Below, piece after piece: positions 53,451-64,000 of a DNA stretch of 64,000 nucleotides. The stretch lies in NCBI RefSeq assembly GCF_006345805.1, contig NC_043001.1:70742001-70806000 (forward strand), given 5' to 3'. Both the position numbers and the translations under genes were made by a program. This DNA is from Octopus sinensis (Eukaryota). Positions within the stretch are counted from its first letter, which is position 1; each line of letters opens with the position of its first letter. The notes below the pieces were generated by a model. The model saw only the letters and a list, made by a program, of their open reading frames with translations, had not been told where the DNA came from and did no database searches.

Positions 53451-53489
53451 TTTATTAATCTAGCTCTATGCTTTATATTCTTAAACCAA

Positions 53490-53840
53490 TCTATGTAAAG
53501 GGTAAAGACCCCCTTCGGTCATGAATGACCATGGGATTGCACCTAGAAATTTACCCTCCTAGACACAAGTCCGGGTACGGTTGTTTATGGAAGACCAGCA
53601 GTCGCCCATGCATACCAGCCTTCCCTCTCCACGCCACCAGTGTTATCCAAGGGAAAGACAAAGGTCGATACAGCTTGGCACTAGTGACGTCACAACTTAT
53701 TTCTACAGCTGAGTGAACTGGAGCAACGTGAAATAAAGTGCCTTGCTCAAGAACACAACACGCAGCCCGGTCCGGGATTCGAGCTCACCACCTCACGATC
53801 GTAAGCTCGACGCTCTAACCACTGAGCCATGCGCCTTCAT
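53490..53840 (-). mobile_element. tRNA-headed SINE (family B-like head) with RTE-like tail
   Basis: Reverse complement starts GAAGGCGCATGGCTCAGTGGTTAGAGCGTC..GAGCTCGAATCCC; shares TTCACGTTGCTCCAG with family B, then has a different tail. Confidence 0.8.
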
Positions 53841-54439
53841 CAAATCATAGTGATCCGTGAAATTAGAAGTTATCGTTGCATCAAAAAAATAAAGCTTTTC
53901 ATTTCATCCGTTGCACGAGCACTTCACCTTTCTCTAGAAGCATCCTATAGTATAGTTTATTTGTTGGTACAAGTATAATTTTTATGGAGTAATTCAAGGG
54001 ATGTTTATCCGTAATAATGCGTATTATTTTTTGAAGATTCCTTAGTCATTCAACTTTACGTGGCTATAAACCAAACAGTGTGGAAATTGGATTTGCACTA
54101 GAAACCCACGTACGATTTGGAGGTATACTTTAAAGATCCAATACCGGTAGAATCAACAAAAGTACTCCATCCAATGAGAGATAAATATCAAATTAAATAT
54201 GCTACCGAAAGAGCTGCTCATATTTTCATGCTAGGATAATACTTAAACAGGCATATTTATCAAATACGCTATGTATCTTGAAGCAATTTTTCAGGCCCCC
54301 ATTCATGCGGTATCAATTTTGAAAACAAGGACGCTGGACAGTAAGAAAATAAGAAAACCAAGTGGAAAAAACGTGAAGAAAGTTGGTGTCAAAAATGGAA
54401 CGAGAAAAAAGAAACTATCCAAGACAAATCAGTTGAAAA

Positions 54440-54590
54440 GAAATCTGACGTCGAGTCATGTGAGGGTAAATTCAAGAGACACTATGCAAACCACCTATCT
54501 TCTTTCAGGCACATAAACGTAATGCAACTACGTTGGCTAGCCATGTGTGGAATTTGAGGAGCAACTCCACACCACATACAATTAAGAGCG
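54440..54590 (+). mobile_element. Short PLE GIY-YIG remnant
   Basis: CEGKFKRHYANHLSSFRH, frameshift, KRNATTLASHVWNLR. Confidence 0.7.
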
Positions 54591-55149
54591 TCAAAAGATG
54601 GCGGATGGATTGTAGAAAACTACGCAAAATGACCTTCTGCATTTTTCTAGCTTCTACTTGCAAAATTCAAATGCTATGGCGGTCAATTTAACCGTCCATC
54701 CGTCCTGCGATATTAACGTAAGATAACATCGATTATTTAATCGACGATCTCGTAACTTCCAGTTACGTAGCCATTTAAGTATGTTGTCAAAACGTGTCTT
54801 GTAGACTGCACGATTGGCTAATGTAGTAGAAAGGACTCTTGTTGTTCTTGTTAGTGAGTACGCACGACCTAGTGGCTAGAGAGTTGCACTCACGATCGCG
54901 AGATCGTGGTTTCAATTCCCGGTAGTGCGTTGTGTTCTGGAGCAGAATACTTCATCTTACGTTGCTCTACGATTAGACGCCTGACGCGTGGTACACCGTG
55001 CACCTGTTCAGACAACGTCGACTTGATGGAGGTGATGAGCTAATGTACAGCACATTCATATGCTCACTTTCAACAACTAATTTGTGCAAGCAGTTCAGCT
55101 AAAACTAATCATTTATATATCGTCTTAAACTTCCATCATTATTATTAGT

Positions 55150-55560
55150 ATTGAGAAAGCGATCTGGCAGAATTGTTAGCACTCAGTTCAAATTCCGCCG
55201 TTGTCGACTTTATCTTTCATCATTTCGGGGGTCGATAAATTAAGTACCAGTGAAACACTGCGGTCGATGTAATGGACTACTCCCCTCCCCCTAATTTTCA
55301 GGCCGTGTACCTTTAACAGAAATTATCATTATTATTAATGAGTCAGCGAGCTGGCAGAATGGTTAGTGCTCTGGACAACATTCTCAGTGACATCTCGTTC
55401 GTTTTTATGTTCTGAGTTCTAATTTCGCGTATGTCGACTTTGCCTTTCATCATTTCGGAGTCGATAAGATAGGTATGAGTTGATCACTGAGATTGATGTA
55501 ATTGACTTAGCTCTCCCCCCGAAGTCGGTGGCGTTGTGCTAATATTTGAATCAACATTAG
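55150..55560 (+). mobile_element. Two family C SINE copies
   Basis: GCGATCTGGCAGAAT..CAGTTCAAATTCC and GCGAGCTGGCAGAAT..GAGTTCTAATTTC heads. Confidence 0.8.
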
Positions 55561-55744
55561 TATTATTGGTGTTGTTCGAAGCCTCACCAAGTAACAATAA
55601 TTTGGTCGTTTTCCTACGGTTTATTTACGATTAGTACTGCTATATTGCTGTGAAAGAGACCAGAATTTGAGTAGCATGAGTTTTAATTTTCAAAGAGTTT
55701 TATGAGAATCAGTTATTTTCTTGTTGACAATATTTTTGTTGCAG

Positions 55745-55792
55745 TACACATGGAAATACATTTTTGTAGTTCCCCTACTTTTGAATTTCCTG
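55745..55792 (+). CDS. Candidate 48-nt exon (YTWKYIFVVPLLLNFL in phase 0)
   Basis: Acceptor TTTTTGTTGCAG, donor CTG|GTATCT; in frame with the 50111 exon. Confidence 0.35.
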
Positions 55793-56218
55793 GTATCTGG
55801 ACATATTTTCAAAACTCTGATGATATCTATCTCTCTATCTCTCTCTCTTTTGTCTTTTGACCGTCTACTAATGGTCTCGTCTCCAATTACTTTTATCCAT
55901 TTTCACATTTGCACTGGCGTATTGCTTGTTCATTCATTTATTGTTTGTCCGTCTCTTTTTGTTTTGATCGTATTCCCAGCAAGTTTTTTATCGGTGCTTC
56001 CGGTGTAGAAGCAATATTGTCGATAATAGCCCGAAATTGCGTTTTCCACTTTGGCCGATAACTGATGAGGAGTTGGTGACCTTTCGTGTTTGTTTTCTGT
56101 TCGTCTATACATTTAGTATATGTTTTTGAACTTGACCTTCTGTATCTGTTTTCTCTTTGTTTATTTACTATACGATATTCAACATACACACACACACACA
56201 CACACACATACATATATA

Positions 56219-56271
<53 letters not shown>

Positions 56272-58278
56272 TGCATATATATACATATTCATATATTCAT
56301 ATATATTTACAATCACATATATATATATATATATGTATATATGTATATATATATATGTGTGTGTGTGTATATATCTATATACATATGTGTGTTTATGCTT
56401 GCGAGTGCATGTATGTATATACATACACACACACACACGAGGAGAGCCGTTCAGAAAGGGGATGTACTTGGAAGAGGGTGTGGCAGTGGAAGATAACTAT
56501 ACAAGGCTACCTGTATATGTTTCTTACTAAGTTCGTATTAAAGTGATGTGAGAATTTGCAAGCAGAATGGAAAATTACTTCTAAGCAGAAACCAACTTGA
56601 GGAGAGATTTTTGTATTAGATAGCTGTGACGACAAATATTGAAAAATTTTGTCATAAAGACTTTTGTCATGAACAGAATTATTTGTGTCATTGGGTGTTG
56701 TACAGCGATTAGTAGGTGGTGGTGTGGCTGCTCTAATTCGGATCAGGGTAGACTGATTTTAAGAGGAGTGAGATTTTAAGTGCCTTTTAAGATTTCTCTC
56801 AGTGAAGTCACAATATTCCCGCCAGGTACTTGGTATGAATGCTTACAATATTGGTCATGTATGCCTATGTCCAAAAATAGACGGTCCTGAATGTGCTGTT
56901 AAACATAGCGTCGACTTGCTAACATTCGCATTTCTTTTTGGCTTATTCTTTCATGTAAAGATTAAAGATTTATCCCTGCTTTCCTTGAACATGTCGTAAC
57001 CTGTTTTGGAGAGAATCGCTGGCAAAGTTTACCTGATATCTATTGATTAAACAGTCCAGAAGTATAATGTTTATTAGTGGGTTTTCCGCCAGTGTCGAAG
57101 GTGAGCCTTCAATTTCTTGACTTACTGAATTCTTAAACGTAAATTTAAGGTGCAACTCTGCACAATTCCACTTACACGTGTACAGTTAATACAATTCTCA
57201 GTTCAAATTAACATGATATCACGAGGCAGTTTGACTTATCAATTACATATACAATCCAGAGAAGCATGAAGAGAGAGAGAGAGAGGGGGGGGAGGTAAAA
57301 AATCAGTATTTGTACGTTGTCTATTGTACCAGAAAATTTAGACATATATGACTCCACAAAAAACCTCGTGCTTGTTCTGTCCTGCATTAATAATACGTAT
57401 CTATAAGAGATTGCCAGTATGTGCAATATGGCTTAACTGTTAAGTAGTTCGCTTCGCCAACGCGAGGTCCACGGTTCGATCATACTATCGATATTTTTGG
57501 TAAATAGTATTTTCTACAGTTTTCAATTTACCCATACCTCTGATTGATAATGGATAAACAAAATCTGTATAGAAGCTAGCCCGGTAGATTGTATATATAA
57601 TGTAAACGCTACGCTGTCATATGCTCGTCTTGAGAGAGGATTACATGAAAGGTCCACGCGTCTGTCGAATATTCGGTCGTGTTTGTTCAAAGAGCAGATA
57701 GTTCGGTTTATCGAAGAAGTGATGCCTTTTCACCGAACGTCAGTTATCTATTATCATCACCAATATATCAGAGCTTTCCAGTTTAAGTATGCAAACTTGT
57801 GTTCGTTTTCGAAATTTCTCACACATCAAACTAGAATCGAATAATGGGAAAACCAGTGCGTATGTCATGATTTGGATACATTGATTCCCCGTCATTACAA
57901 TGCGTGCAGTTTATTCCATACTAGAGTGGATGGAAACACTTCGATTCATACTATTTGGATTTCAAGAATTTCCTCCCGGTTCAATCCTCATAAAACACAT
58001 AGACGGCTTCGTTATTTTCGTTCTTTCAGTTATTTTTAAGGATTAAATCCAATGGAAACATATATATGGATGGTGAATATTAGGAAACTAGTTCTCAGTT
58101 TTTATTGTCATAAGGCGCAGGCATGGTTTTGGGTTAAGATTTTCTCTATCAAGAACGTGGTCTTTCTTTCAGTCCCATTACAAGGGACTTTGGGTAAACG
58201 TCTTCTTATAGTCCCAAGCCGTCAGTGAATTTGGCAGAAGGAAAGCGTGAAGAAACTCGTCTCATATATACATATGTG

Positions 58279-58310
<32 letters not shown>

Positions 58311-58388
58311 TGTATGTATGTATGCATGCATAGAAATATCATTATTTCTAAATTTCTCTAAAGGAGGCTGTGGCAGCGGTACTGGATG

Positions 58389-58695
58389 TTAATAGTTATC
58401 GCCAAGCTAACATGGCAGATCAGAAAACTAGGACGAATGCTGCCGTTGATTAGCTCCAATAGGCCATCGCCTCTAGCTAGCTATGTGACACACAAGCCTC
58501 TTAGGCAACAACCTCGAAACTAGTGTGTAGATGCCAAACCAGCAAGAATAAACTGCTGACCTCCTCTGTTCGAAGGTTATAATGGACACAGGTTTGTGCG
58601 TCACATAGCTAGCTAGAGGCGATGGCCTCTTAGAGCTAATGAATGGCAGCATTCCTCCTATTTTCTGGACTGCCATGTTAGCTTGGCTATAACTA

Positions 58696-58699
<4 letters not shown>
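58389..58699. mobile_element. MITE, ~310 bp, with ~110-bp terminal inverted repeats
   Basis: TTAATAGTTATCGCCAAGCTAACATGGCAG..GGCCATCGCCTCTAGCTAGCTATGTGAC is mirrored at 58590-58699. Confidence 0.85.
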
Positions 58700-58785
<86 letters not shown>

Positions 58786-60297
58786 CGAGATGTGTATATA
58801 TGCATATCCAATTCTCTATCCATACATATATGTGTACGTTTGTGCATGCAAGTGTGTGTGTGTGAGCTATGTTATTTTTCCCCGCCAACGTTTGGCAAAT
58901 TTGTTTACATCGCCGTAAGCTAGTGGTTCGGTAAAATAAATAAAAAACCAGTAGCAGGATTACCATAAGCTTAAAAATTAATTACGGAGATCGATTTATT
59001 CGACTAAACCATTCGAGGTGGTGCCACAGCACGGCTGCAGTAAGGTAATTGACGTAAGTAAAAACTAAAAGGTATATCAATAAAGTGGATATATATATAT
59101 CGAATATTAGCTACTGACGTAAAGATTTGCTGGCAACGTTTCTCTGTTATAATGTGGAGCAAAGTCAGTCAGCAGGTTAAAAGTAATTAGTATACGACAC
59201 ATTCATGAAAGAACCAGGAATGAGCCGTTGAGAAAGGGGATCGCTATTTGTAGATGCTTGTCGCAGTCAAACGCCTTCGAAAAATAAGTATTTATTTCTC
59301 ACTCCGGTGAAAGATTTTCAAATGTATACAGTGGATTGATATGTTGTGATGATGTAATCCATATATGCAAGTCCTGTGGACATTAGTGATGTACGGGAAA
59401 TTGATCCTTTTTAATGTAACGGTACTAGACGCATAATAATCATTCCACATTGTTCATGATTATCTCTTAATAAATACTAGCAATGCATCCTTGCGTTGCC
59501 CGGGTGTTATGACCTACAGCCATATTGTATTATTTGTTTCTTTCGTATGAGCAAAATCGAGACACGAGGAGTCTGAAACAAACAACTCTTCTTTATATAC
59601 ATGTTTTTCTGTCATTTTGTGATGAACAATACTGAAACTGCTGACACCAAAAACATGTAGAATTACAGCTTAGATTAGAAGAAAATTTACCTATACTTAT
59701 GGATTTAAAGAATTGTATGATGTGTGAGGACGTAGAGGTACCCGTATTGCACAAAGTAAGCTACATAGCAAGAAAGCTGCTTCATTGCGAATAGCATCAT
59801 CTCTAATGTTTGGGCAGACTGCACACTTCAACATATGATAATTGAAGCTTCTGGGTAAACTATGTTTTGTATAAGTCTAGAATTGATAGAATAAATATAC
59901 AACTCATCTGCACTCATCGAGAGCATGTGATATATAGTTATCCATGGGAAAAGCAGGGTATTTGTTAATTGAGACCCACAATTTTTAAAGTACCATAATT
60001 CATACAGAACTTTAACTGTGTGTTTGTGTGGGGGTGGGTGACAAAGGAAGTTATTTTGGCATACCTTTCTTAATTCCAAAAGAAGGAAATGTAGTGAAGT
60101 TGTAATATGTTAACAGCAGAAGGTATCTGTATATTGTAATGAAAAATGGAAAGAGAAAGATAATATCTAATTCTACGCACGTCTGAAACATGCAGCTAAA
60201 GTGAAAAATGACCTTAAAATTGTACGACACGACCTCATTTCTGGGGCTCTCGGCATCCTCTTCTCTCCCGCTTTCCACCTCTCTTTGTGCCGCTTTA

Positions 60298-60570
60298 TTT
60301 CACCTTCACCTATAGAGCATACATTATTAATTTTGTGCTGGCTCTCTTTCATTTTCAACTATAGAATATACGTAGGGTATGAAGGATCAGCGTGTGTCTC
60401 TCACTCGCTATCCGCCTTTCACCTTCACCTATAGAACATACATACATACGGTATCATCTTTGTGTAGGCTTTGTTTTGGCTTTCAACTATAGAACATACG
60501 AAGGGTATGAAACAACAGCATATCACTCTCACCCGCTATCCCTGTCCTTCATCTTCACCTATAGAAACTT
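60298..60570. repeat. Diverged ~125-bp tandem duplication, ~2.2 copies
   Basis: TTCA[C/T]CTTCACCTATAGA recurs at about 60299, 60418 and 60548; TTCAACTATAGAA..AGGGTATGAA occurs twice. Confidence 0.75.
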
Positions 60571-62264
60571 GTTTTTTGTCACTGTTTCTTTCTCTTGTCC
60601 CTCTATCTTTTTCTCATTCTGCGTTTCCCTCCGTCATTCCGTAAAAATAAGATGTATGTACGTGTGTATGAAATGGGCATGTGTGTGTGTATGTGAAAGA
60701 GAGAAAGTGTGTGTATGAGAGAGAGAGAGAGTGAGTGAGTGAGTGACGGTGCGTATCGTAATGATGGATGTCTTTAACGGTATACACTCATATAGAAAGT
60801 ATGACTTCATCGTCGTCGTATAAAATGCTTACGAAAGTTGAGTTATGGAAAATATGATAATTTTAAATTTTTGTAACGGAAATATGTCATTGAAAATAAA
60901 GTTTATTTGGTAGCGGAAATAGTACTGAATCTTTTGATACCCCATACGTCAAAATCGGCAATTCGGTTTTGGAATGCATAAGGAACATATGTACACACAC
61001 GCGCGCGCGCGCACACACATACAAATTCTCTTTTATAGTTATAGATAAAGACAAACATAGAGCTACTCTTTCTTCCATCTTCCTCACTCTCTCTCGTTCT
61101 CTCGCTCGATAGGCATTAAACACAATTTACGAGATTGTACGTCAACAGTTATAACAGTTTATTGATTAGTTATGTCAATGCTGTGTTTTAGTTACGTATT
61201 TCAAACTTTCCTTCCATAGCTTGTTGAATATTTTTTGTTTTGATAATTATCACTTTGAAAATAATAGACTGATGTTTTAAAATGTCGTTTCTTATCCTCG
61301 CTGCCTTCAGCAATTTCGTTTCTCATCCGTGTAATTTTTCCATAAAAATAATGAAATTAAATTATAAAAGACAGCCTAAAATGAAATCAGTTAAAAATTC
61401 TGTTTTTAAAGTTTCTCTTTCCCAACTGGTATTTGTTATACTTTGTGACGTTGATCAGTCTTTACAGCAATAATTAGTCAAATAAATAACTTGTGTTATT
61501 TGTTTTCGTTTTGTTTATGTGTTAGTTGCCTTTTTCTACACCCTAACTCGTATAAATTTAATCTGATCATTGATTACGAAATCCCGCCTTACTTCATGTA
61601 ACTGTCATGATATCTTGCAATTAGTTGTGGATTTCAATGTTATGGTTATAATCTCTTACATTTTCAAATAATCATTTCACTAAATCTGAGCATATATTGT
61701 ATGATAAACACATATTTAGTGAGATATATTGTATGAAAAATGTATAAACTGCATTTATTATTTGTTGTTCATGAAATTATTTTAATTTCATGCTTTGATC
61801 GCACTACCGATCGCCACTTTGCTCGCCTTGTTAACGTGCAGAAAATTATTTGTATTTTGTTATTGTTTCGAAGATAGACTAAATATTCACTATATTACAT
61901 ATACCTCTCAGTCCTGAGATTTTCGATACGCATTTCTTATACTTTCAATAATGACCAAATGTATTGACATTGTTTTCGAGTTTCACATTCTCACTAGAAG
62001 GTTTAAACTTCCACTAAATAAAGAGATGTAAGATACATTGAGTGGTGTGAGTATACCTCTCACTCTATACATACATGCATAAAACATATATACGATATAA
62101 GAAACTAACCGTTATATATATAACCACATATATTATATGGGAATATCTATTTATATCCCTGCTACAAATATAGTCAGATATATATTTAACATTACAATGA
62201 TGGCTGCCACAGACTGATTGGGTCTGACGCAAAACAGATAAAAAGATAGCTTCTATATTCAAAG

Positions 62265-62351
62265 AGCAATCCACTGAGTATTATGTTGGAAGGACTTATT
62301 TTGGTTGTATCCAATCTTTTGAAGACCGTTGTTGTCACGTCAATGTCAAGG
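62265..62351 (+). CDS. Candidate 87-nt exon (SNPLSIMLEGLILVVSNLLKTVVVTSMSR in phase 0)
   Basis: Strong donor AGG|GTAAGA at 62352; the acceptor (TATTCAAAG) is weak, so the start is uncertain. Confidence 0.3.
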
Positions 62352-62642
62352 GTAAGATTTTGCAGCTTTGGGGAGTTCAGAAAAAATATCGCTCTCGTTT
62401 TCAGAATGTTGGCCGATTCACTATATAACTGCAAGCAACCTTACATTTTGTCATGATGACATGTTGAAAGGAACTAATTCTAGTTCATATGGCCAGTTAA
62501 ATTGCGTATACAGGTAGTGAGGAAATGTATCCCAGCACAGAATTAAAATATGGGCGGGTGATCTCTCTTTTTCCGTTTCACAAACATATTATATGGGAAG
62601 TTATCCAGTTCAGTTTTAAATAACGTTCAGTATTGGATAATA

Positions 62643-63530
62643 TACGAGGAGATACCCAAAAGTAACCTGAAACTTTCTCCGAGGGATAAGCCCGTTGTAG
62701 TTCAGGCTTCTGCCATTGGAAGCCACTCTATGCAGCCCTCAAAAATATGTCTGTCGGCTGACAGGTTTCTGTGGGATTGTAATGAATGTGGTACGTCCTT
62801 GTTTTGCTGTTTCTCCCCTGTTCGTCGATTTTTGCGATGGTTGAAACGAAGGAAGAGTGCTCTTGCGGGAAATTTTGTGTTCTGCTGGGGAAAACGACAG
62901 CGGGCACAGTTGTTATGCTTCAAACATTAAAAGGACGCTGCCAAGAGCAAAACATAAGAGTACAACTAATTTCCACGCCTTAGGAATGGGTACATGTCGC
63001 TTGAAGACCAATTTCCTTTAGGGCGATCGATGACCTCCTGAACAAATAAAAACATCAAGAAAATTCATGAACTGATCTTGGAGGACCATCGCCGAACAAC
63101 TGACGAAGTTGTTGGTATGACTGGATGTGTCCTGGAGCTCCTGCCAATGAATTTTGAGAAACGATTTGTGAATGAAAATATTTGCAGGAAAATTTGTACT
63201 AATCTTGCTCACTGAGGTGAAATGATTTGTTTACCAAAAATGACATTACCCCGCTTACCTACCCCTCCTATTCAGCAAATCTTGCTCCCTGCGTCTTTTT
63301 TTGTTCCCCTGAATGAAAAAGTCCTTAAAGGAAAACCGTCTGCTGAAGTGAAGATGTGAAGAAAATAATGAAGGAGGCGTTAAAAGCCATCAGTTCGCAA
63401 GGTTTTCAGAATGCTTCAAACAGTGGAAAATGCGTCTGAACCGATGCATTGCTTCAAATGGAGAACATTGTGAACGCGATAAAAGTGCAAACATGTAAAA
63501 GTGTATAAAATAATATTGCGAAATTCCAGA
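62643..63530 (+). mobile_element. Mariner (Tc1/mariner) transposon, internally deleted and pseudogenised
   Basis: 5' TIR-like TACGAGG..; FCVLLGKTTAGTVVMLQT (HTH); PPYSA.LAPC..FL.P.MK-type C-terminal motif near 63250-63330; most of the catalytic N-terminal half is missing. Confidence 0.85.
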
Positions 63531-63554
63531 GACACACATACATACATACATACA

Positions 63555-63590
<36 letters not shown>

Positions 63591-63595
63591 TATAC

Positions 63596-63718
<123 letters not shown>

Positions 63719-64000
63719 GTAGTAATGCTTCAACAATTAGAAAAGCACTCAGAGGAGAGTGTAAAAATAATCTTAGAATAAAAAGTTACAAACCTTGCAA
63801 TAACAACAATCTAGGTTTTCCTGGTAGAAATAATAATTCATTCCGCCATTTATCAAGGACACAGCAGAAGTGTTTGTCAGTTGTCTTTTGGACCGACAAT
63901 GCGTGAAGAAAAGACGCTTGTAAAGAAGCGGAAAAGTAAATACAACGGAGGTAACCAATGTTACGCTAATTCGATACCAAGCAGACATAAACCAGATGGT

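Overview
AT-rich, microsatellite-dense eukaryotic DNA. The SINE families and the (TA)n/(CA)n load look like an octopod (Octopus) genome; this is inferred from repeat recognition, not from a database search. Most ORF-track entries are microsatellite artefacts. Real content: (i) many tRNA-headed SINEs of at least three families; (ii) a near full-length, 5.4-kb Tx1/L1-clade non-LTR retrotransposon (38273-43710) inserted with a 15/16-bp target-site duplication into the tRNA-like head of a SINE; (iii) a ~5.6-kb array of ~11.6 copies of a ~474-bp unit, with a type I hammerhead-ribozyme motif (palindromic helix III) in each of 11 complete copies and a 155-bp inverted copy of its 3' end at the 5' edge, i.e. 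a Penelope-type/retrozyme-like array; (iv) Penelope-like GIY-YIG fragments, several with their own hammerhead remnants; (v) HERO-like and R4/Dong-like RLE LINE fragments, CR1-like remnants, an internally deleted mariner and several foldback/MITE elements; (vi) four small candidate exons of an unidentified + strand host gene (possibly ARM/HEAT-like). The most striking observations are the hammerhead array, the SINE-targeted Tx1 insertion, and a SINE whose 3' tail matches that Tx1 element's 3' end in sequence and stem-loop geometry.
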